DNA of 64,000 nucleotides, from the NCBI GenBank assembly GCA_032128875.1, contig JAVLKG010000003.1, positions 577,008 to 641,007 on the forward strand, written 5' to 3'. The notes under the pieces were generated by a model. That model made no database searches. It worked only from the letters and a program-made list of their open reading frames with translations, and had not been told where the DNA came from. This DNA comes from Candidatus Melainabacteria bacterium 17Bon1m (GTDB lineage Bacteria; Cyanobacteriota; Vampirovibrionia; Obscuribacterales; Obscuribacteraceae). This document shows positions 10,506 through 20,184 of the stretch, one piece after another (position 1 is the stretch's first letter; each line of letters begins with the position of its first letter). The translations under genes were made by a program, and so were the position numbers.

Positions 10506-11198
10506 ATGAAGTCGGCGCCAAAACTGTTCTCAATCAGGCAGAGTGACTTGTTCGAGTCGTTCAATCCTGTTGAGTTAGGTCGGCTCTTGGGTATTTTGGA
10601 AGAGCTGGAGCTGCCAAAGCACCATATGGTTTTTTCGCCCGGCGCGCCGTCCGAGGCCATCTACTTTATAGAGAAGGGGCGAGTTCGCCTGACCAGACTA
10701 TCGCCGGAAGGAAAAACGGTGATTCTGGCGCTTTTGGGTCCTGGCGACCTAATTGGTGAAGCGTCGTGGGAATCGGGCGAGCATGACAGTTATGCTGAAA
10801 CGCTTGAAGAATCTCGTATATATCAAATTAGCCGAGAGGCCTTCCAGAACTTCATTCGCGAGAATCCGGAGTTTGGTTTGAGGCTCATCCAAATCATTGG
10901 CGGCAGGCTGAAACAGGCACAGGCGCGTATTGAAGACCTTGTCTTCAGGCAAGTCCCGAGCCGTGTCGCCCGTTTGCTCGTGACTCTGGCTGAGTCGCAT
11001 GGCAAAGTGACCCCCAATGGCATTCGTGTTGAGTTTCCCCTGACACACCAGGAGATAGCAGACTTGGTAGGGTCGTCAAGGGTAACTGTTACTCAAATCC
11101 TCAATAGATTCCGCTCCAGTCAGTGGATTGACATTGAATCCAAGCGGGTGACCATTCACAATCTTGACGCACTGGAAGAAATGGTCCGGCAACCCTGA
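10506..11198 (+). CDS. Crp/Fnr family transcriptional regulator
   Basis: cNMP-binding domain ([11 protein letters not shown]...LGPGDLIGE) and [29 protein letters not shown] at 10491-10495 supports ATG 10506. Confidence 0.93.
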   Translation: MKSAPKLFSIRQSDLFESFNPVELGRLLGILEELELPKHHMVFSPGAPSEAIYFIEKGRVRLTRLSPEGKTVILALLGPGDLIGEASWESGEHDSYAETLEESRIYQISREAFQNFIRENPEFGLRLIQIIGGRLKQAQARIEDLVFRQVPSRVARLLVTLAESHGKVTPNGIRVEFPLTHQEIADLVGSSRVTVTQILNRFRSSQWIDIESKRVTIHNLDALEEMVRQP

Positions 11199-11221
11199 AG
11201 AGACGGGCTATAATGGGCTTT

Positions 11222-11298
<77 letters not shown>

Positions 11299-11356
11299 AA
11301 TTTTCACTATCGAGATAAACAAGAAAAGCTTTGGCACTACATATGGTGCAGGGCAA

Positions 11357-11671
11357 TTAGTGATTTTGTTTGGGCTTTTGTCTTTTTGAATGCGTGCTGT
11401 GCGCGATTCGTTTGTGGGATGCTTCAGCTTGGCTGGCGTAAACTCGCGGCGCTACGTGCTCTCGGTAGGGCTGCGACGTTGGTTGAAACCAAACCAGATA
11501 AAGGCCGATACCAAGGCAAGTGACGAAAACAGCTGTTCCTAGAAATTGCGTTGAGATGTGGCCGACGTCGAAGTAGCTGAATTGAAATCTATTGAAGACG
11601 ACGAAGAAGAATGCTCCAAGCCCTACAAGCAGAAAGATAAATCCAAAATCGCCCAACGGTGTTTCTCCCAA
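11357..11671 (-). CDS. Small hypothetical membrane protein (2 TM helices, basic tail)
   Basis: 104-aa ORF with two hydrophobic segments; TTG start is uncertain. Confidence 0.45.
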   Translation of the reverse strand: MGETPLGDFGFIFLLVGLGAFFFVVFNRFQFSYFDVGHISTQFLGTAVFVTCLGIGLYLVWFQPTSQPYREHVAPRVYASQAEASHKRIAHSTHSKRQKPKQNH

Positions 11672-11798
11672 GAATCGAAATTCAGAATCGAAGTACAGCT
11701 ACAAGGCTGATTTAACCATCCTACATCCGAATTCTTGGCAACTCGCTACTTTCACCAACTCTTAAACATCTAAGAGTTCGAGGTTCTCCACCTCTAAA

Positions 11799-12457
11799 TT
11801 AGCTTGTGACTTCAATGTTCTTATATGGATCGAAGTCAGTTCGCCAGACGGTGGTGTTGAAAATATCCACCGCTGCATCCATGTTTTCCGCAAAGCTTTC
11901 TATTGGTGCACTATAGAACAGGATGTGAATCATTTCTCCATTGCCAAAAACGTCCATGCAGTACTCGATCGTCCTGCGCCCGATATCGGAATTTTCAAAT
12001 TCGAATATTACTGTTTTAAATCCTTTGAAATTTGTTGATCTAATGCCAAGACAAAAACCCTCATCACTTTGCACCGCATGTGGCGCTGCTTCCATGATCA
12101 CATCATCCATCGTTGAAATTCTGGACAACATTCCGCTTTCCGCTGCAGGTTCCTTCGCTTCGCTGCTAGAGGCACGCATAGTTACGTCTTTGTCAAACAG
12201 ATGTTTTTTTCGCTGCAGCTCTTCGTGTCCCTTCAAAATTTCTCCGGAAAAGTATATTCCGACGGAAACCTTTGAGTTGGGGTCTGACAGTGTGATCGAA
12301 GTTTTTAAGGGCATGTCTGATGTATAAACTTGGTGAACATGCTTCCAGTCCAATTGGTAGGGACCGTCATAGTCGCGAGAGCGCCATTAGTCTTAAGGAC
12401 GCCATCTTTGAGTACTAGCGGTTCTGAGGATCCTTGGTTATTGCCCAGGAGTGCCAT
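11799..12457 (-). pseudogene. Frameshifted paralogue (copy 3) of the PsbP/DUF1795-like gene at 12692-13354
   Basis: ATG 12457 with GAGGTG SD gives MALLGNNQGSSEPLVLKDGVLKTNGALATMTVPTNW. Homology continues in another frame (VGIYFSG...HAVQSDE...RTIEYCMDVFGNG...VWRTDFDPY). Length is 659 nt, 1 nt short of 220 codons. Could be a sequencing error. Confidence 0.8.
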
Positions 12458-12483
12458 CGAATTTCACCTCTACAAGCGCTTGC

Positions 12484-12660
12484 TCAGTCAATAACGTCGA
12501 GTGGAAGTGCTGGGTCAAAATCTTTGCGCCATTCACTTGATTGTTTCGCAGACCAACCATTCGGGACGTTCATTTTCGTCAGGGCACCGTTCGTTTTTAG
12601 CAAGCCACCCTTCAGTACAAGCTCTTCCGATGTTAGATTTCTATGGTCCAATAGTGCCAT
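12484..12660 (-). pseudogene. Internally deleted paralogue (copy 2, 58 aa)
   Basis: MALLDHRNLTSEELVLKGGLLKTNGALTKMNVPNGWSAKQSS joined directly to EWRKDFDPALPLDVID; these match the N- and C-termini of the 220-aa paralogue. GAGG SD is intact. Confidence 0.8.
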
Positions 12661-12691
12661 TGAAGTTTTCCTCAAACCTAGCGGACGCAGC

Positions 12692-13354
12692 TTATTCAAC
12701 CACCTCGAGCGGAACGAACGGATCGAAATCTTGGCGCCATACGCTCGATTGGAAAGCGCTTACTGCAATGTCCATAAACTGTTTGAATTTTTCGATAGCT
12801 GCATGGTAATAGAGAATATAGACAACGCGTCCATTACCGAGAACATCAATACAATATTCTATTGTCCTTGATGAATCGCTGTCATTTTCGAATTCGTACA
12901 TGACCGACCTGAGTCCATTGAAATCTGTTGATTTTATTGCGCGGCAGTATTTTTCTTCACTTTGAACTGCGTGCCTTCCTGCTGAAAGAATATAGAAAAG
13001 CATCTTGGTGTCATTGGCAAGTTCGCCTTCTCCACCAATTAACTGAGTAGCCTCTGGTGTTCCTGCTGTCATTGTGATCTCTCGATCAAAAAGATTTTCT
13101 TTACGAATCTCTCCATCAATTTCATCATCCACGATTCCCGAAAAATAGATCCCAATCGAAAAATCGAGTCCGTCGGCATCTTTTAGGTCGATCAAGGTTT
13201 CTGGAGGAAAGCTTGGCACGATTTTATTTGAGGATTGACTAGCAGACCAACCACTGGGAACGTCCATGCTTACGAGCGCCCCATTGGTTTGCAGAACGCC
13301 GTTCTTTAATGCCACTTGCTTGGTAGTTGGATTTTTATTGTCCAGTAGTGCCAT
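12692..13354 (-). CDS. Putative immunity/chaperone protein, PsbP/Mog1/DcrB(DUF1795)-like fold (copy 1, intact)
   Basis: 220 aa; overlaps the upstream giant ORF by 20 nt. VSMDVPSGW near the N-terminus and YILYYHAAIEKFKQF...FQSSVW at the C-terminus suggest the PsbP-like fold. Function is inferred from context. Confidence 0.7.
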   Translation of the reverse strand: MALLDNKNPTTKQVALKNGVLQTNGALVSMDVPSGWSASQSSNKIVPSFPPETLIDLKDADGLDFSIGIYFSGIVDDEIDGEIRKENLFDREITMTAGTPEATQLIGGEGELANDTKMLFYILSAGRHAVQSEEKYCRAIKSTDFNGLRSVMYEFENDSDSSRTIEYCIDVLGNGRVVYILYYHAAIEKFKQFMDIAVSAFQSSVWRQDFDPFVPLEVVE

Positions 13355-16300
13355 CGAACGATTCCTCTAGTAAACAATCAAAGAGTGCTTCGAGATCAAG
13401 GTCAAGTTCGTAGCGCCCTTCGCTGTTGAAAATATTGTATTTACCGTTTAGCTGATTATACCTTCCGAGTATGACGTGACCTCCGCCTTCTCCGTGAGGA
13501 TTCAGCTTTTTTGCATCAATTGCAATGGCTGCCGCTCCTCGCTTTTCTTCATAGCGTCTCTGTAATATCTTTGCAAGATGCTCCTTATCACTGACAAACG
13601 TCTGGGTTCTGCTCAGATGTTCAATGAGCTCTGAATCAACATCTTGTGGTGCTGGACCGATTAAAACAAATGTTTCTTCTGGCAGTCCATGACCTGCTGC
13701 TTTGTTGTACATCTGCAGCAGATGTTCGCTTCCAATGTGAGGTCTATCGTCTGGAAGGATTTTCTGCGGAGATAGGCCTGAGTTTTTATTCGTGTTATCA
13801 ACTTGGAATGGCAACCATTCATCGCTATGTTTGTAACAAAGTTGATGGCTCTCAGTCGTACCGAAGAATGCTACTTTGCCAGCCGCAAATTCTTTAACAA
13901 CTGCGCCATCCGTGTTTGGCGATACAATCAAAAGTCCTTTTGGAGTTTCCTTGACGTAGATGCTTCTCTCAACACAGTTCCAATGAGCGTTTATGAGCAT
14001 TGTTTGCATAGCCTTTTCCGTGGGCCTCCGAAAGTGTGGTATATGCAAGTCCTCAGTTGTCTTCCACCTATCGAGTTTGTTACTGTATGCCAGCGTTTCT
14101 AAGTCCGTAGCGTGTGCGCCAAAACTTGATGGCTTCAATCTGGTGCCGTCAGTAGTGACAAAAGTGTCGTAGCAAGAAATATCCTTTGCTATCTGCGCAT
14201 AGCGGTGAGGCGCATTGAATGCAAGTTGTTTTTGCACTACGGTTGCATTACACGTTTGATTCATTCCTTGGTGGATCATTTCGGGATTCGCAAGTTCGAA
14301 TAGCGTCATTTCTCCGCGGTGCCGAAGAGCCTCACCTTTCGGCAGGACATCTAGGTCCAGATCCAGTCCCTCCCTGATCGGACGAAAGAAGTGGGTGACT
14401 TCACGCAATGTTTTTGCAGTTTCCTTGGGATTATTGATTCTTTCCTGCAGTTGGTTTGTATGTTGGATTAAGCGTGTCAGGTTTTCCTTTGGCATGGTGT
14501 CTTTAGCACTTTCAAACAGCGCTCTTTTCGCGAAGTGTAGATTAGCGTGATCTATGGTTTTGCCGAGCAGTTTTCCTGCTGAGCGAAACTCTGCGTATTT
14601 AAGAAGGGCAACAGCAAAGTCGGAAGTAGACTTGATTCCTAATTCGTCGAGCTTGAATTTTTCCGGTTCAAGAACGGCTTCCTTTGTCAGTTCTGTTCCG
14701 GTTTCAAGAGTTGAGGTTTCGCCCGCCTTGTAGAGTTCGTTACGGATTTTTTGCTGCACATTTGATGAGAGTCGTTTGCTGGTTTCCTCTTTGATGAGTC
14801 CAACGAGATAGTTGACTTCATTCGGGTCAGCGCCTTCTTTTACAAGCGACTTAGCGAGTTTATGAACCTCATGTTCAAACTCTTTGGAGCCGAATGCGCA
14901 ATGCGTGAGAGACATCTCCGACATGCCCTTCTGCATGATTTCACGTGCGTCATCTCTGATAAGCGAAACAGTCTTCGCCGTGCCAATCCGCTCGCAAACA
15001 GCGTCCGTTGTTGCTGCTGCAACTTTCGCATCTAATTTCAACAACTTGCTCAGCGGGATTACTTTGTCAGCAAATCCAAACGAAATGTCCATAAAACCTG
15101 AGCCCGCGATCTTGAGGGACTGCGATTCGTCGAAATCACTGCCCATCATTGCGCGTGTCATCTCGAGTTTTACGCCTGCTCCGACAACTCCTGCCGACGC
15201 GAGTATTGCGGCAGTCGCCGGAGGATCTGCAATTGAAAGAGTGACACCCAACAGCATTGTTGTAGCATTAGCGACGGCTTCTGCAGATTCGCGTTTTGTG
15301 GTTACGAAATTGGCTTTCGCAACAAAATAATTTTCTAGTGCAGCTTCAAGTTCTTCTCTCGTTTTCGGCTCAAGTTTGGCAATAGCTTCTTTGTTTTCCG
15401 CGTATACTTTCGCGATTCTAGCGTGTGCGTCTACGGCTCCCTTCATCATCAGCGAATCCGCGGCGCCGTCTTGTTTTACCAGATCCTTTTGAAGGGAAAT
15501 AATTTTTTGTCCCATCGTCAAAGGCGCGTATAGTTCCACTAACTTGCGCCTATCTGCACCACTTGCTGCGTGCAAAAGATCTGCGTTCATAGTTGAGTGG
15601 TACTTGAGATAAGCTTGCTCTATGGCTTTGCGCTCTTTGGGTTTCAAACTGCCAAGCTTTTCAATCACACCTGAAAGTGGTTCGTCAAAGCCGACAACTG
15701 CTGCGCGAATGCGCATCGCAGAGGTAATATCCTTTGGGCTATTCAATTGAAGAACTTCGCGGGCGAGCTCGGCTTGTTCTTTTGATTTGAAGATCTCATT
15801 CTGCAAATACTGCGCTTCTGGCGCTTTCGACATCAACTTCTGAACTTCATCTTTTGAAAGATGCGTCAAATCGTCGATTGAGATTTTCGATTCTCTCCAA
15901 AGTGAAGCTTTGAGGTCTAGTGGCACCGTGCCAGCGTCGAAAGTCTTCTTTATATACTCTTCGTACTGAGCTTCGCGAATCTGCTGACCTTCCGCGTCGT
16001 ACTGCGGACCGCGTCCAGTGTCATCGCAGAAGCGCTTTACCATCTCCTCCAATGATTTGCGCACTTCTTTGTCTTCATCTGATTTTGGATTTTTGAGGAG
16101 GTCGTGGCTCAGACTCGCTAGCGCGATTTCGAGTTTTCGCGCACGTGCTGCATTGCTTCCTTCGTGCAGGTTTGCGAGAAGTGCTTCGCTAATCGGATCT
16201 GCTTTTTCATTGCTTTTGAGTATCTGCTGCAACTTGCGCTTTGCGACAAGCAATTCATCACCTTGCAGTTCTGCAGAAATCAATTTGTCGATTGATTTCT

Positions 16301-18518
16301 GATCCTTCTTATATGCTTCTTTTTCTGCCGGGGTCAATTGCAAAATTCGATCGAGTTTTGATAGCCGGCAATTTTTCTGGCTCATTGCGTTCCAAGAGTC
16401 TTGAGCTACTTCCTCGCGGAAGTACTCCTCGATGGAACGCTTGCCTTTGTCTTTCGACTTTTCGTATGTAAGGCTGTCCTTCGCTTTGTCGCCGACTTTC
16501 TCCGTGAGCATGTGCATTATTTGTGCACGCTCCCCATCGTTCAAAAAGTCTTTCAGATCATCGTTGAGTTTTGCCAGGTGGCTCGGATTCTCTCGCAGCG
16601 ATTGCCAATTTTCTTCGGAAATGTTCTCTACGACTTTCTTCATTCCATTCAAATCATTTTTCTGAAAATTGCCAAAGAAGCCATCGCCGTGCAGTTTTCG
16701 CAAGTCAGAGTAGATTTCCGGCGTACCGGTCATCTTTCTCTTCAGCAAGTCATATTGAGTCTTGTCGTAAAGAGTTGCGGTTTTTAAGGCTTGATCGACT
16801 GTTCGAAAATAGTTGATCAAATCCTTTTGATCTTCTGTTGGATGTTTGAGTTTTGCCAGCGCCTCTCCTTTGGTAAACGCTGCCCGATCGTCTGGATTGG
16901 CGAATTCTACAAGACGCGCCACTTCTTCCTTGTTGGCGCCGAGCCAACCGTACCAACTTGTGTTTTGGTGCAAGCCGGTGACCAACGACTCGTTGCCTCG
17001 TGCAATCAAATCTGATACCGCTTCGCCTTGAAGAGAATATTTTTGAATTACTTCCTTCGCTTCTTTCGATTTTGCGAATTCTTGTCTTGCTTCAGGAGCG
17101 GAAAGTCGCATTGCGTCTTTGAACAAATCAAAGTTGTTGTGGTCGATGGCAAGCCGCACCATCTTAGTGACTGCTTCGGGCTCCTGTGCCCATGCAGGAT
17201 TTTCCAGCATGATCTTAAGTGCTGCGCGAGTTTCGGCACCCACATTGGCATCTGTCGTTAGTTGCTGAAAAAGTTCTCTATGTCCAACCGCCAATTCTGC
17301 AATCGCTTTGGCTGGCATCATCGCAATTGTTTGACGCATTGCGCGCTCTACGTTTGCTACTTGCGGATCGCGAAGTCCGATCTTTTCAGCCAGCTGCGGC
17401 AGGCCTATTGTTCCTGTCGCGACATTGAAGGCAGCCGTTACTCCAGCGCCTTTTTGTTTTAACTCCTTCAGTTTGATCAGGTCATTCTGCAAATCGCCAG
17501 CCCAATCTGTGACGCCTTGGCGCCGCTGGAAAAGCGCTTCAATCTCTTGGACATCGGAGGGGTGGTCTCCGCCTTTCCAGCGCAACTCGCTGAAAAATGT
17601 GGTTTGACTCTGGCTTTCACTGGCGAAAGCCTCTGCAACTTGCTGTCGTTTTTCAAGCGGCAATCCTTCAATAACATCCTTTAGCTGCTTGAAGTCGACA
17701 TGTTCGCCAAATGGCAAACCGAACGGACCCGGCACATGAAGCGCCTTTTCGAGGAGTTGCACATTTGTCAAAGTCTCTTCGTCATATGTTTTTACTTCAC
17801 CGACGACGAGCATCGTTTGAGAAGGCACTTCCTCCGGCGTGTCTTTCGTTTCGCTCGAAGGAGTTTTGGTTTCACTGCCAGAACCATCCCCGCTGTTGCT
17901 GTTAGTCGCTCTCTTTTCGCGCAGACCCTTTAACTCGGGCTCGAGCTGTTCTGCAATCGACTCTCTGAGCGCTTTGTCGGCAGATTGCTTCATGTCGGGC
18001 GGCAGCAATGACTCTTTCAGATTCTTGATCATCGCCATCGCGTGCTCGGCAAAACCTTGAGTCTTGCCTTGTTTGCGCTCTTCGTCGCGCAGTGCTTTTA
18101 GCTCTTGCGTAATTACTTTGGGAACATCGCCGGTGAAGCTAATTATGTTTCGCCCTTTCCATAAAAGCGACTCAAGCTCTTTATCGTGTTTGGAGTGAGG
18201 AAGGTGTTGCAGTTCTTTCAAATCGGCCAAGTCACGACCGAAATGCATCTGTGCGCTGTTGCCCAACCAACGGACGAGCTCTGTGCGAGTTTTCTCGTCG
18301 GTAATTTTGTTTAGTTTGTTCAGCCCCTCGACTATGTCTCTGGCAATCGGGTCCGACTTGCTCCTGTCCAGAAGCTCTTGCAGACGCATGGGTTGCTTAC
18401 CGTTGGCAGCTTCGCTCGCACTCTTGTGAGATTCAAGGGCTTCGGACGCGGCAGCACGAGGATTACGCTCAGCATCCTCGGAACCCCTAGACCCTTGCTT
18501 CTCAGGCTTATCGACCAC
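13335..18518 (-). CDS. Giant (1727 aa) polymorphic-toxin/effector-like protein with annexin-like repeats, a hydrophobic hairpin and a C-terminal papain/calpain-like cysteine peptidase motif set
   Basis: Long uninterrupted ORF with QGMNQTC (Q1417, C1423), GGGHVIL (H1681) and IFNSEG (N1698); no signal peptide. The ORF is certain; the functional call is inference. Confidence 0.7.
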   Translation of the reverse strand: MVDKPEKQGSRGSEDAERNPRAAASEALESHKSASEAANGKQPMRLQELLDRSKSDPIARDIVEGLNKLNKITDEKTRTELVRWLGNSAQMHFGRDLADLKELQHLPHSKHDKELESLLWKGRNIISFTGDVPKVITQELKALRDEERKQGKTQGFAEHAMAMIKNLKESLLPPDMKQSADKALRESIAEQLEPELKGLREKRATNSNSGDGSGSETKTPSSETKDTPEEVPSQTMLVVGEVKTYDEETLTNVQLLEKALHVPGPFGLPFGEHVDFKQLKDVIEGLPLEKRQQVAEAFASESQSQTTFFSELRWKGGDHPSDVQEIEALFQRRQGVTDWAGDLQNDLIKLKELKQKGAGVTAAFNVATGTIGLPQLAEKIGLRDPQVANVERAMRQTIAMMPAKAIAELAVGHRELFQQLTTDANVGAETRAALKIMLENPAWAQEPEAVTKMVRLAIDHNNFDLFKDAMRLSAPEARQEFAKSKEAKEVIQKYSLQGEAVSDLIARGNESLVTGLHQNTSWYGWLGANKEEVARLVEFANPDDRAAFTKGEALAKLKHPTEDQKDLINYFRTVDQALKTATLYDKTQYDLLKRKMTGTPEIYSDLRKLHGDGFFGNFQKNDLNGMKKVVENISEENWQSLRENPSHLAKLNDDLKDFLNDGERAQIMHMLTEKVGDKAKDSLTYEKSKDKGKRSIEEYFREEVAQDSWNAMSQKNCRLSKLDRILQLTPAEKEAYKKDQKSIDKLISAELQGDELLVAKRKLQQILKSNEKADPISEALLANLHEGSNAARARKLEIALASLSHDLLKNPKSDEDKEVRKSLEEMVKRFCDDTGRGPQYDAEGQQIREAQYEEYIKKTFDAGTVPLDLKASLWRESKISIDDLTHLSKDEVQKLMSKAPEAQYLQNEIFKSKEQAELAREVLQLNSPKDITSAMRIRAAVVGFDEPLSGVIEKLGSLKPKERKAIEQAYLKYHSTMNADLLHAASGADRRKLVELYAPLTMGQKIISLQKDLVKQDGAADSLMMKGAVDAHARIAKVYAENKEAIAKLEPKTREELEAALENYFVAKANFVTTKRESAEAVANATTMLLGVTLSIADPPATAAILASAGVVGAGVKLEMTRAMMGSDFDESQSLKIAGSGFMDISFGFADKVIPLSKLLKLDAKVAAATTDAVCERIGTAKTVSLIRDDAREIMQKGMSEMSLTHCAFGSKEFEHEVHKLAKSLVKEGADPNEVNYLVGLIKEETSKRLSSNVQQKIRNELYKAGETSTLETGTELTKEAVLEPEKFKLDELGIKSTSDFAVALLKYAEFRSAGKLLGKTIDHANLHFAKRALFESAKDTMPKENLTRLIQHTNQLQERINNPKETAKTLREVTHFFRPIREGLDLDLDVLPKGEALRHRGEMTLFELANPEMIHQGMNQTCNATVVQKQLAFNAPHRYAQIAKDISCYDTFVTTDGTRLKPSSFGAHATDLETLAYSNKLDRWKTTEDLHIPHFRRPTEKAMQTMLINAHWNCVERSIYVKETPKGLLIVSPNTDGAVVKEFAAGKVAFFGTTESHQLCYKHSDEWLPFQVDNTNKNSGLSPQKILPDDRPHIGSEHLLQMYNKAAGHGLPEETFVLIGPAPQDVDSELIEHLSRTQTFVSDKEHLAKILQRRYEEKRGAAAIAIDAKKLNPHGEGGGHVILGRYNQLNGKYNIFNSEGRYELDLDLEALFDCLLEESFDGTTGQ

Positions 18519-19050
18519 GGCAGACCTGTTTAATAAATCTGTCTTCGATATACCCGTTTGAGCGGGTTTATAAGATTTTGGGCGCCAGTGGGCGTTCTGG
18601 GGGCTGCCGAACTTTCTAGGCTTCCCAGGGAAAACCCCAGGTCGCCTCCATTGGTTGGGTCGGTGTTTCTATGTTGGCAGAACGTTAAAATCAACCTACT
18701 CGTTTCAAACTTCCTCGGTGCGCGATATGACCGATTTGCATATCCAACCTGCTTCTAATTTGTCTGCAATCGCTAACAATCACTTCGAGGCGCTGCGAAT
18801 TGTTGTCGTTCGGAAAAATTCTTGTGAGAGAGATGTATCATCGGCGATACCAGTCGAGCACTTGCCACCACTGGTGAGGCGCGTTGTAAAGGCGCATTTA
18901 GAGCGGTTCTTGACTGAAATTGACTTCGCAATTCGTGACACAAAATCGAAGGCGAAAATGCAATCTTCATTCGCGCCCCCCGATTTTACCTACTAGATTC
19001 TCCGCGCCGTTTCTGGCAACATACTAGGTGGTGTAATGGCTGAATATATA

Positions 19051-19064
19051 CACCATATATGGTG
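19051..19064. promoter_or_regulatory. Perfect 14-bp palindrome CACCATATATGGTG (NrdR-box-like operator candidate)
   Basis: Lies ~30 nt upstream of the sigma factor ATG; resembles the NrdR consensus CACwAtATaTwGTG. Confidence 0.35.
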
Positions 19065-19093
19065 CGGGTGGCAGAGGCGAGAAAGTCTTTCAA

Positions 19094-20104
19094 ATGGCAA
19101 GAAGACAGAGTTCAGCAGCAAGCAAACAAAACGACGGCATGACCACTCTTCTCACTGGAGAAGAAGCTGATGATTTTTTCGCCGGCACGTTAGAGCAACC
19201 AGAACCCGAGAGTGACTTCGCCGATGGTGGCGCAGCGACGGAACCAATTGATGGCGAAATTGCTCCCGAGCCTAGAGAAGTCGAAGAGGATTCGGTACGC
19301 ATATATTTGCGTGAGATTGCTCGACACAAACTTTTGACAGGGCGAGAAGAGATTGAATTGGCTCGCCGGATCAAGGCGGGTGATGCAGTTGCTAAACGCA
19401 AACTGATTCAATCGAACCTCCGTCTGGTTGTCAGTATCGCAAAGCGCTACCGCCACCATGGACTTGGTCTTCAAGATCTGGTCCAAGAGGGCAGCCTAGG
19501 TCTGATGCGCGCGGTCGAGAAATTCGACCCGGAGCGCGGGAATAAGTTTTCAACATATGCAACCTGGTGGATTCGCCAGGCTGTCACTCGTGCGATTGCC
19601 AATAAGGCGCGCACTATTCGAGTTCCTGTTCACATGAATGAGGTCCTCAACAAGCTGCGCAAGTCCAACACGGCACTATGCCAGGAATTGGGGCGCGTTC
19701 CAACTCCGGATGAATTGTCCGAAGCTTCCGGCGTTAGCCGTGAAAAGGTTCTTCTGGCTTATGATTCCTCACGCAGCCCGCTGTCTCTTGACTCGGCTTG
19801 CGGCGATGACTCTGACGCCACGCTTGCTGACGTGATTCAAGATGAAACGGCTTTGGCGCCAGACGAGGCAACAGCCGCAAATCTAATGGTCACGCACGTT
19901 TTGGACTCTTTGGTTTGCCTCAGTACAGAAGAGCGCGAATTGCTCTCCTTTCGCTACGGTCTGACGGGCAGAACGCCCATGAGTCTGGAAGAAAGCGGCA
20001 GAAATATGGGTTTGACCAAAGAGCAGGCACGAAATTTGGAAGTTCGGGCGCTTAATAAATTGCGTCGCGGCGTCAACTCGAACATGCGAGAATATCTGAG
20101 GTAA
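19094..20104 (+). CDS. RNA polymerase sigma-70 factor, RpoD/SigA family (group 1/2-like)
   Basis: [10 protein letters not shown] (1.2), [52 protein letters not shown], region 4 HTH. Confidence 0.93.
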   Translation: MARRQSSAASKQNDGMTTLLTGEEADDFFAGTLEQPEPESDFADGGAATEPIDGEIAPEPREVEEDSVRIYLREIARHKLLTGREEIELARRIKAGDAVAKRKLIQSNLRLVVSIAKRYRHHGLGLQDLVQEGSLGLMRAVEKFDPERGNKFSTYATWWIRQAVTRAIANKARTIRVPVHMNEVLNKLRKSNTALCQELGRVPTPDELSEASGVSREKVLLAYDSSRSPLSLDSACGDDSDATLADVIQDETALAPDEATAANLMVTHVLDSLVCLSTEERELLSFRYGLTGRTPMSLEESGRNMGLTKEQARNLEVRALNKLRRGVNSNMREYLR

Positions 20105-20184
20105 GAGGCAGTCCGCTGCCCGACCTGTGATCCACGAGCTCCGCTAGTAAAGCGGGCTGTGTTTCTCCATCGCAGACTCGAAGC

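Noticed and set aside
18727-18996. 89-aa ORF between the giant gene and the sigma factor
   Set aside because: No clear SD or recognisable motif; cannot be distinguished from a chance ORF.
11299-19093. Prophage or integrative element at tRNA-Arg
   Set aside because: No integrase, phage or transposase gene, and I saw no duplicated tRNA 3' end.
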